From IMG/VR virus record IMGVR_UViG_3300033463_000015: DNA of 64,000 nucleotides, one strand, 5' to 3'. Under the pieces are notes generated by a model. The model saw only the letters and a program-made list of their open reading frames with translations, was not told the DNA's origin and did not search any database. This DNA comes from a virus (Duplodnaviria > Caudoviricetes). A program made the translations under genes and the position numbers. Of this stretch, positions 50,699 to 64,000 are shown piece by piece. The first letter of the stretch is position 1; the number at the start of each line of letters is the position of its first letter.

Positions 50699-51271
50699 AT
50701 GGCTACTAAAACCGTGAACACACGAATTCAGTTGAAAAGTGATACTGAAGCTAATTGGAATAAGGCTGGTCCTAAGGACGGAAGCCGTGGTTTCGTACCA
50801 CTTTCGGGTGAGCTCATCATCTATTCAGCTGATGGGGCTCACCCCTTTTCTCGTTTAAAAGTAGGAGATGGAACACAGGATGTTACTGCATTACCATTTA
50901 TTGATGCAGGAACTATTAACGGTTCTTCTCTACCAGGCGATAGCATAATTTTATATGCTAATACAAGTAGTTTTCCACGTAGTGGTGAATCAAATAAATT
51001 ATATGTTGATTTAGCCAATAATCGTATTTTTTGTTTTTCCGCAGGTATTGGTTATACTCAACTATCACATTTTACATATCAAATAACAACACAAACAATA
51101 AAATCAGTTAAATCTTGGTCTGCCGGAAGCATGACAATTTTAAATGTAGAAAATAATAAATTATAGGCTGAGAATGGAACTGCTCCTGAATTGGAGACTG
51201 AAGATATTGTTGTTATTACTAATCTTACAGAAACATCTCCAGAGGTGATTAACAATGGCGGGAATGACTAA
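50699..51271 (+). CDS. Tail fibre-associated protein, Mtd_N-like, 1 TAG
   Basis: RIQLKSDTEANW...GELIIY...LKVGDG....ALPF. Confidence 0.75.
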
Positions 51272-53756
51272 TTCAATAACTGATTATATTGGTATAGTTA
51301 AAGTAGATGGTTCTGAATATTTAACTGGTTCTACTTTGTTTGGAACTTGTACTACTGAAGCAAATGTAGCCGCGAAAAAAGTTGTAATAGAAGAAATTAC
51401 AAATTTTACACCGACACATGGCTTAACTATTCACGTTTTATTTACACATACAAATACTGCTGCTAATCCTACATTACAATTTAATTCTGAATCTAATGCA
51501 ACCACTTATCCAATTTATGCTTATGGTGATAGCCCAGTAGGTAATACATTATCTACTTCTTGGCATGATAATGCAATTGTCAGCTTTACTTTTTATGATG
51601 GTGCATTAGATGCAACAGCTACTTCTAAACGTTGGATAATGAATAGCGGTACCGACACAGGTGCTGATGGATTAGCATCAGTTAGTTTAGCAAATGTTAA
51701 TAATGCTGATGATTTAAAAGCAATTGAAGCATTAACAGGGACCAGTGGCTATTTAAAGAAGACTGCAGCGAATACTTGGGCTTTATAGACTGAACAAGAA
51801 GCTAGTTCAACTGTAGCCGGCATTACAAAAATAGGAGCTTCTGGCGGTGCCGCAACATATGAGCATACTCATGGTAATATTACTAATGGTGGAGCTCTAT
51901 AGACTAATGATGTTACTATTGGAGACGGAGATAAATTAGTTATTACTGATAGTAGTGATGGAAATAAAGTTGCTAGAGCTTCGCTATCATTTGGGGCAAA
52001 TAATACTACAAATAAAGGTAAAGCACTAACATAGGCTGGTACTTGGGAATCATTTACTAATAATCCAGGTACTGTCACTAGTGTTTAGGTACAAGGTAGT
52101 TCTCCAGTTGTATCAAGCGTTGATACGGCACAGAATGGAACTTTAAGTACAACTATTTCTTTAGCTAGCGGCTACGGCGACACACAAAACCCATATACTA
52201 GTAAAACAAAAAATTATGTGCTAGCTGCTCCTTCTGATGCTAATGGTGTGCCCTCTTTTAGAGCATTGGCAGATGCTGATATTCCTAGCACAATTGCTCG
52301 TTTAGCTAGCCCAGCTTTAACTGGTACTCCTACAGCACCAACTGTGTCTGATGCTACTGACAGTTCTACGACAATTGCAACTACTGCATTTGTTGCGGCT
52401 GCAATCAACAATAAATTGGCGGCAAATGATGCTATGCAATTTAAAGGCACTATTGGCACTAGTGGTAATCCCGGTACATTACCAACAGCTGATTATCAAG
52501 CAGGTTATACTTATCGTGTTATTACAGCTGGTACATATGCTGGATAGGTTTGTGAAGTTGGCGATCTAATTATTGCGGTTAAAGATTATAATTCTAGTAC
52601 TGCATCAAATAGCGACTGGACTGTAGCACAAACAAATATTGATGGTGCCATTACCGCAAGTGATGGTGCCGCAGATTATTTAACTAAATTTAGTGGAACA
52701 CATACGGTAACTAAAGGACCTAAAATTACTTCAAATGGCACTGGCTTTTTGAAAGAGGATGGAACATGGGCTACTCCTACAAATGATAGAGATCCAGGTT
52801 ATGGTTCAATTACACCAGCGAATACAACTGATGGAACCAGTGCTTTAACTGGTAATACTACTGTAGTAACTGCTACCAATTATAGTGAAAATATTAAATT
52901 TACTGGTGCCAATAAGTGGATTGTTTTAGCAGGCACTAATAGTAATACTGCTGGTTCAGATGAATTAAAGTTTGCTCACTACGTACCTTCTACTGCTTAT
53001 GTTAATAATGGACCTACTTCAAATCAAACTGGTGCTCGTGGTAATACATTTAATATTCCAAAAATTACTATTGATGAAGCAGGCCACGTTACTGATATTA
53101 GTAGTATCACAGTATCTTTACCAGCTAGTGATAATACTGATGAAAAATTAGCAATCGCATCAGAAGATCCAAGCACATCTACGGCTTATAATTTAATTTT
53201 TGCAAAACAAAATACAGATAGTGCCGCAACACGCTATTATAATACTGGTATATAGCATATCGCATTAAAAGGAACAACTTCTGCGGAAGGTTATAGTGTG
53301 CTTGCTTTAGGTAATAATATAGCAACTGGTACTGCTAATAATAAAAAAGGTATTTTAAGATTATATGGTACTTCTACTTCTTATACTGATATTATAGGTA
53401 CAAATAATACAACAGCACAAGTGCTTACTTTGCCGAAGACCACTGGCGGCAATTTAGTTGGTACAAATACAACTAGTAAAGTTGGTGATACTGATAATCC
53501 AGTATATATCGCAGCGAATGGTATAGCAACTGCTATTAGTTATACAATAAAAACTAGCGTACCTAGTGGAGCCGTATTTACAGATACAACTTATACGGCA
53601 ACTGCAAATACAACAATTCATTATTTAAATGATGCAAATTATGTTAAAACCGCAACCGTAAGTAATGGCGTTTTAACAATTACAACAATTACAAATGCTT
53701 CTTCAATAACTCCGGTAACAGCAATTACACCAAGTGTAGCAGGACCATCAAATTAA
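51255..53756 (+). CDS. Tail fibre protein, 833 aa with TAG=Gln
   Basis: Four fragments in one frame. ASPALTGTPTAPT and AGTYAG(Q)VCEVGDLII. Confidence 0.8.
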
Positions 53757-53772
53757 TAGGTAGGTGAATTAA

Positions 53773-56565
53773 ATGGGATATATTAATAAAATAACAATTA
53801 CTGATAATGGCACCCATTTAATCGAGCCGACATTATATGCTGTTGCAAGTGGAACAGCATCCACTATAACTGCCTCAATTGACGGATTTGAGGCAGTTAG
53901 CGGAGTTATTGTATATATTACAATGACGGCTGATAATGCAGCTGATGCTACTTTAAATATTAATTCAGGTACTGCAAGAGATATTTATTATAATGATAGT
54001 AAAATTACTGCTGGAAAATTAGCTAGCGGCCGCACCTATGGTTTTGTTTATGATGGAACTAGTGGTAGTGAAAAATGGATTTTAATTGGGGATGCTTTGG
54101 CGGACCATTTACATGATGATAGATATTTAACGTTAACTGGTGGAACATTGAATGGTTAGTTAAATATTACACATACTAATAATACAGGCGGAGAATTGAT
54201 TATTAAATAGGGCAATGATAATAAATTATTTGTAGGCGTCGGTAGTAGGAATAGTAATTATGGAATTTATGATTATGGAAATTCAAAGTGGATGGCATAT
54301 ATTAATAGTAGCGGTACATTAGGTATTCATGACAATGATTTAACTATTACTGATAGTGGTAGTGTTACAGTAGCTAAAAATTTTACGGTTACTACTACTT
54401 TTGCTACACGAAAAGTAGAATACGCAATTCCTGCAAGCACGTATGAAGCAGGTTGGAGACGAATTTGTACAGTAGGAACACTAGAGTTATATCCTTCTTG
54501 GTTTTTATCTATTGAAGGAACATATAATGGATATAAACCAAATAGCGGTCTCATTATGGTAACAGGTGGATATTAGTCTATAGTACCAATATTATTACAT
54601 GCTAGAGTAGAAGCATGTCCTATAGTATCATATCGCTTATTAAGAAAATCTAATACTAATTCATCATTTTATTTAGATGTTTATATTCCAGAAGGTACTC
54701 TTTCTAATGTAGGCACTCTTAAATTCTATTTTTGGGGAAATGTATCAGTTAGTGATATTCAAACGTCACTTGATATTAATTCAAGTACTGGCGGTAGTGA
54801 ATTTACATTAGTAAGTTAGGGTGCAGGCACAATGGCTCTTACAAAAAATGTTCTAGCTCTTACTGGTGGAACATTGAGCGGAGATTTAATTCTTGGGACA
54901 GGTTCAAGTTCTCACGGAGCTACACCAAAATTAATATTCTAGCGTGCAACTGCAAATGACACATATACAGACTGGCGCATACAAGTAGGAAGCACGGGCG
55001 TTCTTACATTTTCACAAAATTTAAGTGGTACTACTAATAATACTGATGTAACTATATTAAACTTAGAGCCTGCTACAACGGGTAATAGTTTAATTGCTAA
55101 ATTATATCCGGGTGTAGATAATACATATTATTTAGGAACAAGTAGTAATAAATGGGCAAATATATATGCAACCAATTTTGTAGGTAATGCTTCAACAGCA
55201 ACCTCTTGGGCAGCCGCACAAAAAACTAAAGTTAATCTAGCAACTATTTATGGAACTTCAACTGGAGAAAGTGAAACAACAATTAATGGTGGCCAAAATA
55301 CAGTACAAGAAATTGGTGTGTCTGGTATATTAAATGTTGCTAATGGTGGCACTGGAGTAGATAGTTTAACTGATTTGCGCGCAAATTTAGGTTTGTCTCA
55401 AGCCTTACGTTTTATTGGTATTACTACTACAGATATGACCAATAATACTGATACTACCAATAGTTATACTGGTACTCCTACTATAACAGAGCTTAATTCA
55501 TATACTCCATCAGTAGGAGATGTAGTAATTAATAGTATAAATTAGGATGAATGGGTATGCATTAGTACAGCAAATTCAACTTATACTTGGGAACGTTTAG
55601 GTAGTGACACATCATATAAAATTGTGTAGACACCAATGACAGATACTACAGAAGTTGGAAATACTGCTACACAATTTGTAGCAAAAGTTACTCAAACAGC
55701 TAATGGTGATATTACTGTTACAAAATCTAATCTACCAATTACTGATAATACTGTAGCTACACCTATTGAAAACAATGATACCACATTACCAACAATGAAT
55801 ACATTATATTATGGTTTACCAACCATAAATAATGCACATAATTATACATCAAATACAACAATATATGCCCCTACTACTGGTGGAAGTACATCTGGTAATC
55901 CATTAATTGCAACTGGTAGTACATCAACGCCGTCATGGTATGGTGGTTTAGTATTAGCAGGTACTTCAAGTGCATGGACATCAACTTTTACTGGTAATTC
56001 TACTATTTTAGCATAGACAGGAGCGTCTAATACTAGAGGTTCATCTTCATTTATTCTTGTAAATACAGCTGATAATAATAATTCTACCAATGCAGTAGCT
56101 ATTGAATTACAACGTAAGGGTAATTAGTCTTGGTAGATATTAAATAGTCAAGCGGGTAAATTAATATTTAGAAATGATTATACTACTTCAGTACAATCTA
56201 CTTATTCACAAATAGCGTTAACTTTAGAGCCAAATACTGGTGATGCTACATTTTCTGGTACTATTGATGCTACAACTATTACTGCTAGTAGTGGATTTGT
56301 TGGTGATGTTACTGGTAATGCTTCAAGTGCAACTCAAGTTGCAGCAACATTAGCCAATACTACTAAAACTTATTTATTAGGTACATCAACCGCAATTACA
56401 GCCACAGCCGCAAATGTATCATTAATCGGTGATACTGCTGTTTATTTAACTACTACTAGCGGCGAGTTAAGTACAGTACGTTATTCTTTAAATAGTAGTG
56501 GTACTGAAAAAGCATATATAACTTATAATACTACAGATGATTGCATTGATTTCATCTTCGTTTAA
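53773..56565 (+). CDS. Tail fibre protein, 930 aa with TAG=Gln
   Basis: Fragments in one frame. HDDRYL.LTGGTL.G and VANGGTG repeats. Ends CIDFIFV*. Confidence 0.75.
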
Positions 56566-56576
56566 GGGGGAGTTAT

Positions 56577-58463
56577 ATGAGTTTAAAAGTATGGCTCCCA
56601 CTTAACGGGAGCTTAGAAAATAAAGGAATAAGTAATTTAACTATAGTAGAAAGCGGTGTTGTAGTTAATACTGCCGGAAAAATAGGATCTTGCTATTCTT
56701 TTGACGGATCAAATGATTATATTTCATTAACTGGTTCAGTACTTTATGACATAATTAAAGGCGGCTCATAGCCATTTTCAATAGCAATGTGGATATATCA
56801 TAATGATAGTACTAGAGCAATATTATTTGGTGATCACGAACTTAGCGGGAATATTAATTTTAATATTGAATTATCTACTGCTCATCGTATAAGATTCTAT
56901 TGGAATGGTTCTCCAGATAAAACTTTTAATAGTGAATCAAGTGTTGGACTACAAACTTGGACCCATATCACTGTTACTTATAACGGTGATACTATTTTAA
57001 TATATAAAAATGGAACATTAATTACTGATAAAAGATCTGGTACATTAAGTGAAAGAATAAAAACTTCTGGCGCATATTATTTAGGAAGAGATAACCGAAC
57101 TGGAACTACAGCCTTTAATGGTAAAATGAATGATTTTAGATTATATGATCATTGTCTTTCAGCAGCAGAAGTTAAAGAAATAGCACAAGGATTAGTTTGC
57201 CATTATAAATTAGAAGGCGCGAATGAAAATCGTATGCGTCTAACTCCTAATTCTCATGATGCAACCGCCTATCAAGCTTATGCAATAAATATGACTGAAA
57301 ATTTAGTTGCAGGAGAAACATATACAATGCAATTATGGAATGTAGATTTATATCATTCTGCTAAAACTGCCGCGAATACCACTGCATCTGTATGGTGGGG
57401 TGGTGGAAGCGTTAATTTATTTGCTTGGGATGCCTCAACTTATTTTACCAAAACAAGTGATACAAATTATCACGCAAATCATTTAGTAAAAACTTTTACC
57501 GTCACAGAAACATAGGCTTCTGGTAATGGTGCTACTAATAGTTATTTACGCATTTATAATTCTCCAGGCAATGCTACTGGTACTCGTAATTTAGAAGTTG
57601 GCAGATGGAAATTAGAAAAAGGTTCTACTGCTACTCCTTGGATTGCCGCAGATGAAGATAGCTCAGAAAATAGAAAAACTATTATTGATAGTAGTGGATA
57701 CAATAATAACGGAACTGCTAATGTTAGTCCAATATATTCTAATATTATAAATGATGGTAGATACTCTAATTCTATGATATTTAATGGAAGTACGTATATT
57801 AAATGCACTCAAGCAGGAATGCTAAAAGATGAAATTACAGTATCTTGCTGGGCTTATGAAGCAGATTGGAGTATAGGTTATGGTAGAACAATTAGTTGCT
57901 TACAGTCAGGTGGTTGGGGTTTTGATAATTCAACAGCTAAAAGACGTTTTTATATTGGAACTGGTGAAAGTAGTAATACTTATAAAGGTGCTACCTCTAC
58001 ATCAAACTGGACTGCTTTAAGTGCAGGATGGCATCATTTTGTTGGAACTTATGATGGATTTAATGTTAAATTTTATGTAGATGGAGAGTTAGAAGCTACT
58101 ACAGCAGCATATGAAACAAAAACTCCAATCTATTATAATACAGCCACAAATATTTTTATTGGTGCCGAAGCAGGAAATAATCAAACAACTCCTACTACTC
58201 CATATTTTAGTGGTAATATTAGTGATGTACGTATTTATGCTACCTCATTACTTGACACAGAAGTAAAATAGTTGTATAATACAAGTATGAAGATAGATAA
58301 TGGAAATAATATTCATACGTTTGAAGTTATTGAGGATAGCAATAATAAAATTACTAAATAGGGACAATTAATGTGTAAAGAAATAGATGAATAGAATTTT
58401 AGTACTAATATTAAAAATTTTTCAAATGGTACTTGGTATATTAATAATCTTATAGAGCGTTAA
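56577..58463 (+). CDS. Two-LamG (ConA-like) domain virion protein, 628 aa with TAG=Gln
   Basis: LKVWLPLNG...GKIG.CYSFDG, WTHITVTYNG...MNDFRLYDHCLS, WHHFVGTYDG...ISDVRIYAT. Confidence 0.8.
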
Positions 58464-58474
58464 GGAGGAATACT

Positions 58475-60895
58475 ATGGCACAACTTAAAGATACTTTAAT
58501 ATAGGGCAGTGCCCGAGTTACGGATGCGCTCTATGCAAATAGTATGAATGGATTAACACTGACCGCCGCAACTACCGGTTTTACTATAGCAGGCGGCACA
58601 ACTTCTAAAACTTTAACAGTAAATGAAACTTATACTTTAGGTGCGGCTTGCGAAAAAGGAGTAACAGATAATTCAAGCGCTACAGCAGTAACTTCTTCAG
58701 ACACAAATTTAATTACTGGTCGCACACTTTATTATGCTGGTTATTTATCAACTAGCGGCGGTACTATAAATGGTAATTTAACTTTAGCAGCTACTAGTTC
58801 TGGTGATTCACCATCCCTTATTTTTGATAGAACTGGTAGTAATTCAACAGACTGGAAACTTGTTGTAACTAGTGGTAAATTAAGTTTTTAGTCTAGAACT
58901 GGAACAAATGCTTTTACAGAACGAGGCTATTTTGGTGATAATAGTAGTAATTTTTATGCTGGTTAGTTAAGATTAACTACAAGTTCAAGTACAGCAACTT
59001 CAGCAAATACAATTGAAATTTCAGATAATAGTTCTACTCCAGTTGCTATGGCAAAAATTGGGATTAGTACAGTTGGTGCATGTATGATTGTAGCTAAACG
59101 TGTTTTAACTTTAGTAGGCTCTAGTAATGACGGAAGTACTACTCCTGAGACTAATTATGTTACAACAAAAGGATTATAGGTGTGGTAGGACTGCACACGA
59201 CCTGCAGCTGATGCTAATTATTCATTAGGCTCATTTAGTTATAGATTTCAAACCGTATATGCTAAGGAACTGGCGGTTGGGCCACCTACAAATAGTGGCG
59301 CTGCTAATGTTACTGGCGGTATAAATTATTATAAAGATGCCTCTACAATATACGGTCATATTGGTTAGGCTACACCATCAAGTGCCACTGGCTCAGCATT
59401 AGCTATGTATAGTACTGGAACTATCGGACTTAGACCAAAAGCGACAATTACCGATAATGCATTTTCAGCAACTACTGGTATTACTATTGATGAAACTGCA
59501 ATTACGCCAGCACAAACTAAAACTGTAGATTTAGGTTCTACTGATTACAGATTTTAGAGACTATATATTACTAGTGTAATAGAGTCACAAGCCTATGCTT
59601 CTGGTACACAAGCAAGATATCCATATGATTTAGTAATGAAAAACAGTTCTGGTAATACAGTAGCAGAAATGTATTTTGATGCTGGTTCTGGAACTAATTA
59701 TACTTCTGGCAGATACTGGTTTAGACAGTATAGTCCTAACACAACTGCAAATACGACAACTACTGAAAAATATGAAGCATATGCTTTACCAACAGCAACA
59801 AAAGGGTTAACAGATGATGTATCTTACCACATATTAACTTCAAAAAATGCAGTTACTATCGCACAAGGTGGCACTGGTACCTCAACTGCGCCAACTGCTG
59901 GTGGCGTAATATATGCTAGTTCAACATCTGCTTATGCTAGCACAGGAGCAGGAACCGCAGGACAATGTCTAGTTTCTGGAGCCGCCAGTGGTCCATCTTG
60001 GGAAGATAAAGTTATTTGGAAAGCTACTTGTGATACAGCAGGTGCTACAGCTGATAAAGTAGCTACTTGTACAAATTTTCCAAGTACTTTGACTACTGGC
60101 TTAGTCGTGTTAATAACATTTGCTAATGCTAATAGTGCAGCTGTAGCAGATTTAACTTTAAAAGTTGGTAATTCTACTAAAAAGAATTTGCGTTGTTTCA
60201 GAAATGGTGCGGTAAATACACTACCCGGTGCAGGATATTTGGGAGCTTAGACTCATTTATTCTGGTATGATGGTACACAATGGGTTACTGTTGTGGATTA
60301 TAATAGTAATACAAATACTTATGTTACTCAAAATCATAGCACTTCAAATAATTCATATCGTATGCTTATGACCTCTTCTTCTGGTACTGGTACTGGAAAT
60401 CCGGGTGCTACCACAGCAATTTGTAGTAGTAAAATGTATGGCAATCCAAGTACAGGACACTTCTATGCAACAGCAGTCCATAATGCTGTTTGGAATGACT
60501 ATGCTGAATATCGTCAATCTAGAGATTTTGAACCCGGTCGTTGCGTGTAGGAAAATGATGATGGCTGGTTGACAAGAACACAAGAACGTCTAGTTCCTGG
60601 CGCGTCTATAATATCAGATACTTGGGGTCATGTTATGGGTGAAACGGAATATGCTAAAATTCCAATCGCTGTAGCAGGAAGAGTATTAGCCTATCCATAT
60701 CGTAATAGAAAAGCATATCATGCTGGTATGACGGTATGTTGTGCACCAAATGGCACCGTTGATTTTATGACTAGAGATGAAATTATGAAGTATCCAGATT
60801 GTATTGTAGGTATCGTAAGTGAAGTACCTGAATATGAATTTTGGGGCAGCGGACAAGTACCAATTAATGGAAGAATTTGGATAAAGGTGAAGTAA
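58475..60895 (+). CDS. Tail spike/fibre with C-terminal intramolecular-chaperone-like domain, 806 aa with TAG=Gln
   Basis: RBS AGGAGG. MAQLKDTLI(Q)G, then NAVWNDYAEYR...PIAVAGRV...GRIWIKVK. Confidence 0.78.
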
Positions 60896-60896
60896 T

Positions 60897-61535
60897 ATGG
60901 GTAAATTTTATTTAGCAAATAATATTTCTGCTACAAGCACTAATGCCAATTAGTATGGTTCATTAACTATTCCAGTAGCATATAAAAATACAACTATTAC
61001 TGTTAGTTGGTATACAAGAGGATACAATGCGTCAAGCGCAAGCGGCTATACTGTTAGCAGTTTTTTAAATTTATCATATAAATTAGATAGTGGTTCAGAG
61101 CAGATAATTCAATCTTAGTCTCGTAGTGCTCATACAACGGGTAACTTAGTAGAATAGACTGGTACTGCCTCAATAGTTATTGGTAACAATACAACATTAA
61201 AATTTAGATTTAATTATGGTCGTACAATTGCCGGTGGCGGCGGTGCGAGTTTTTCTCCATCATTCACTTGGACTTGTTACGTTAAATGCCCTTTTGGAGG
61301 GATTACTTCTGAAGATATTATTACCGCGGCTAAATTAAATGCAGTTGCAACTGCTAATGGTGTAAATACTTCTGTTACCGCTGGTAATAATATTATTCGT
61401 ACACCTTGGCAAACTATAGGCACAGCTGTAGGTGTAACATTTGATAGTACTAACCCATTAAAAACTAATTTAGAAGCAGTTTTATATGAAACACCAGGCA
61501 GCTTTGATGCAACTGGTTCAAATGTTGGTTGGTAA
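60897..61535 (+). CDS. Hypothetical virion protein, 212 aa with 3 TAG (absent from track)
   Basis: Starts 1 nt after the previous stop. Contains DIITAAKLN. Confidence 0.65.
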
Positions 61536-61643
61536 TGACATAAGAAACTATAATTAAAAACTAGCTTCACAACATATAAGGGAGAAGAATAAAAACTTTT
61601 CCCTTCTTATTTTTTATGATAAAAGGGAGAGGAGGGATAATAT

Positions 61644-61931
61644 ATGAATATAATGACTAAACGCGGACAAGTAGATAATATCATAACATATGAACATATT
61701 TGCGATACTCGCGCAGATATGGCTAATATACCTAATAATCAAATTACTTTAGGTTCTGTATGTATCGTTTTAAAAGGATCCGCGGGGCTTGAAGTTTACA
61801 TGGCCACTAGTGATAAAGAATGGATTGATATTTCTTCTATTGGAACTGGCGGCAGTACACCTGCAGGCTCTGGAGCTACAAGTGATATAGTAGGACAAGG
61901 CACAGCCGACAATATGGTACTATAGGGGTGA
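61644..61931 (+). CDS. Hypothetical virion protein
   Basis: RBS GGAGG. Ends VL(Q)G* if TAG=Gln. Confidence 0.7.
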
Positions 61932-61936
61932 TAATT

Positions 61937-62311
61937 ATGGCCTATGAGAAAACAGTATGGCAGGCGGGTGACACCGTAACTGCGGCAAAATTAAATAAAT
62001 TAGAAAATGGTGTGGCGACAGGCGGTGCTATTTATATTCCAATAACAATTGATGAAGAGGAAGAAACGGCAAGCATTAGTTATAGTTATAATGAAATTGC
62101 AGAAATGATAAACGGCGGCGCCACAATTATTTTTACTATGGAAGTAAACGACGGGATTAGCTTTTTCTATGTAAGCTATATGGCAATCGAATCTGGCCAT
62201 TATCTAGTTGGTACTAATGAAGGCCCAGTTTTTTATAGTGAAAGTGCAGATGAACACTTAACCGCATCTCAAGATCTTCCTTCGCCACAGAATCCTGGAA
62301 CTGTATTATAA
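61937..62311 (+). CDS. Virion protein, MAYEKT.W..GD..TAAKLN.LE.GVA family 1
   Basis: Shared N-terminal motif. Confidence 0.75.
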   Translation: MAYEKTVWQAGDTVTAAKLNKLENGVATGGAIYIPITIDEEEETASISYSYNEIAEMINGGATIIFTMEVNDGISFFYVSYMAIESGHYLVGTNEGPVFYSESADEHLTASQDLPSPQNPGTVL

Positions 62312-62325
62312 TGGGGGGATTATTA

Positions 62326-62715
62326 ATGGCCTATAATCAAACTAATTGGTCAAGTAATGACCTCATTACAGCAGAAAAATTAAATAATTTAGAAAATGGA
62401 GTTGCTAATTTAAATACTTTTTATATTACAGCCACTACTACCACCGTAACTCCATCAAGGGGAACAGATGAAAACATAACACGTACTACATTAAGTGCTA
62501 GTTATGATGATATTATAGAAGCTATTAATAATAATAAAATAGTTTAGATGGTAGAAAACTTTGAAGGCGAAGAAGAGATCTATCCTTTGGTAGGAATTGG
62601 AACAAATTCTAATTATATGGCAATTTTTGATAATACACCATATTCTGCACTACAATCTACAGATGATTTATTCTATGATTCACAACAATCATCAACTCCC
62701 TTAATAAACGCATGA
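62326..62715 (+). CDS. Virion protein, same family 2 (1 TAG)
   Basis: MAYNQTNWSSNDLITAEKLNNLENGVA. Confidence 0.7.
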
Positions 62716-62726
62716 GGTGATTTAAA

Positions 62727-63113
62727 ATGGCTTATGAAAAGACAACGTGGGCCGCAGGAGATGTAGTAACCGCGGCGAAATTAAATAATTTAGAAAGTGG
62801 AGTTGCTAATGCTGGGGCAAGTATTGTAAGTATAAATTTATCAACAGGAGCCTTAGATATAGCCGCAGGGGACTTATTCCAAGCGGTAAAATCCGGAGTA
62901 GTAATAGCACAAGCAACTGGGAATAACAACGGTGAATACTTATATAATTGTATTGGCGCAAATGTAGACAGTTCAGGATATTATGATTTTTATTTCTTTG
63001 ACCCAAGTGGCCAATTAATAAGATTGACTGCCTCATCTGCCAATGATTATCCTGTAGCAGAAGGCGCCAATAACGAAGGTAATGGTGATTAGGATATAGG
63101 TCCCGCCCTATAA
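62727..63113 (+). CDS. Virion protein, same family 3 (1 TAG)
   Basis: MAYEKTTWAAGDVVTAAKLNNLESGVA. Confidence 0.72.
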
Positions 63114-63151
63114 TATATAATATAATAACAACAAAAAGGAGCGTGAAATAA

Positions 63152-64000
63152 ATGGATATAATTGATGTTATTTTAGGAAGAGTCTTATCTCCTTCCGGCC
63201 AAATATCTACTTATGCCGCTCGTGCAGCTCAGGCCGCTCGAGATGCGGAAGCGGCAGTAGATTCAATTGATTCAATCACAGAACAAACCAATACAAATAA
63301 TGAGAATGCTGAGCAAGCATTAGAAGATGCTAATGCGGCTTTAGCTGCTGTAAATGAAGCATTAGGTTCATTTGATACTTAGACTGAATTAATTGATGAT
63401 GAAATTAATAAATTAGTTTTAAGTATGACAACTTCTATGACGAGTGAAGCAATCTCAAAGAATTTGGTAACTACTTATCCAGATGATTCTACTCATACTT
63501 TACAAAATGTATTAATTATGTATCAGCAGTCTGGTAACAATGTTAATGGTACAATGACTCAAAAAGCCATCACTAATTACGTAAATAGCGTCAAAACAGA
63601 ACTTCAAACCGCTATTAATAATATTACTATTTCAGGCGGCGGTGGCAGCACTAATTTAGGCATTGACAACGCCGGAACTATTGTAGTAGTAGGCCCCGAT
63701 GGCAATATCACTGCTGGTAATGCTACTGAAGCTGATGTAATTGAAGCTTTAATCAAAGCAGGAGCTTATTCTATTTCTGGTGTAGTTGGTATGGAGCTTG
63801 ATTATGAAAATAAAATTTATACTCGTACTCAAGATGGTAGGGTATTACAAGCAGGCTCTGATTATGACCAATATCCAATGTTTGGCGGTCGCAAGCGTTG
63901 TAATGTAGCTGATGATGGCACAATTACTGCTTGGTATGGTGATAATAATTATACTGAAGATGGTAGTAATGGTTAGGTTATGGTATATTAGCCCAAATTC
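63152..64000 (+). CDS. Tail protein, 3' truncated by window edge, TAG=Gln
   Basis: Fragments in one frame. MFGGRKRCNVADDG...EDGSNG(Q)VMVY(Q)PKF. Confidence 0.75.

Noticed and set aside
48018-51271. Diversity-generating retroelement suggested by Mtd_N-like domains
   Set aside because: No reverse transcriptase and no template/variable repeat pair differing only at adenines was seen in the window.
27516-64000. Fragmented structural genes read as pseudogenes or a decayed prophage
   Set aside because: Fragments stay in frame, are broken only by TAG, and TAG aligns with conserved Gln. This is recoding, not decay.

Overview
This is a 64-kb segment of a large tailed phage, probably infecting Firmicutes/Clostridia (SigA-type TTGACA/TATAAT promoters, GGAGG RBSs, SpoIID-type lysin). 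It reads TAG as glutamine (genetic code 15), so the supplied standard-code ORF track breaks up or misses many real genes. The window has four zones. (1) 1-11.4 kb is a GC-rich, TAG-free early/host-takeover-like region of small genes. Nearly every unit has its own consensus promoter and is separated by a recurring junction: stop codon inside a terminator hairpin, GCCGGC, a TTAG-N6-CTAA palindrome, then the promoter. It holds paralog families (4 wHTH-like, 2 DEDDh exonucleases, a kinase-like gene) and a tRNA-Lys(CTT). (2) 11.6-13.9 kb has a GGAGCTGG repeat cluster, a TAG-riddled SF2 helicase-like gene and an iteron/hairpin-rich putative origin. (3) 13.9-25.8 kb is a dense run of small hypothetical genes (Zn-ribbons, HAD, deaminase, NDT-like), some with in-frame TAG. 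(4) 25.8-64 kb is AT-rich and late-type. It encodes a SpoIID + NlpC/P60 + PG-binding endolysin with two internal start sites, a 2535-aa CotH-kinase-like virion protein, many tail fibre/adhesin genes, and a separately promoted six-gene spore-coat/ferritin-like module. No suppressor tRNA, integrase, reverse transcriptase or CRISPR array is visible. Domain calls come from motif recognition by eye, not database searches.
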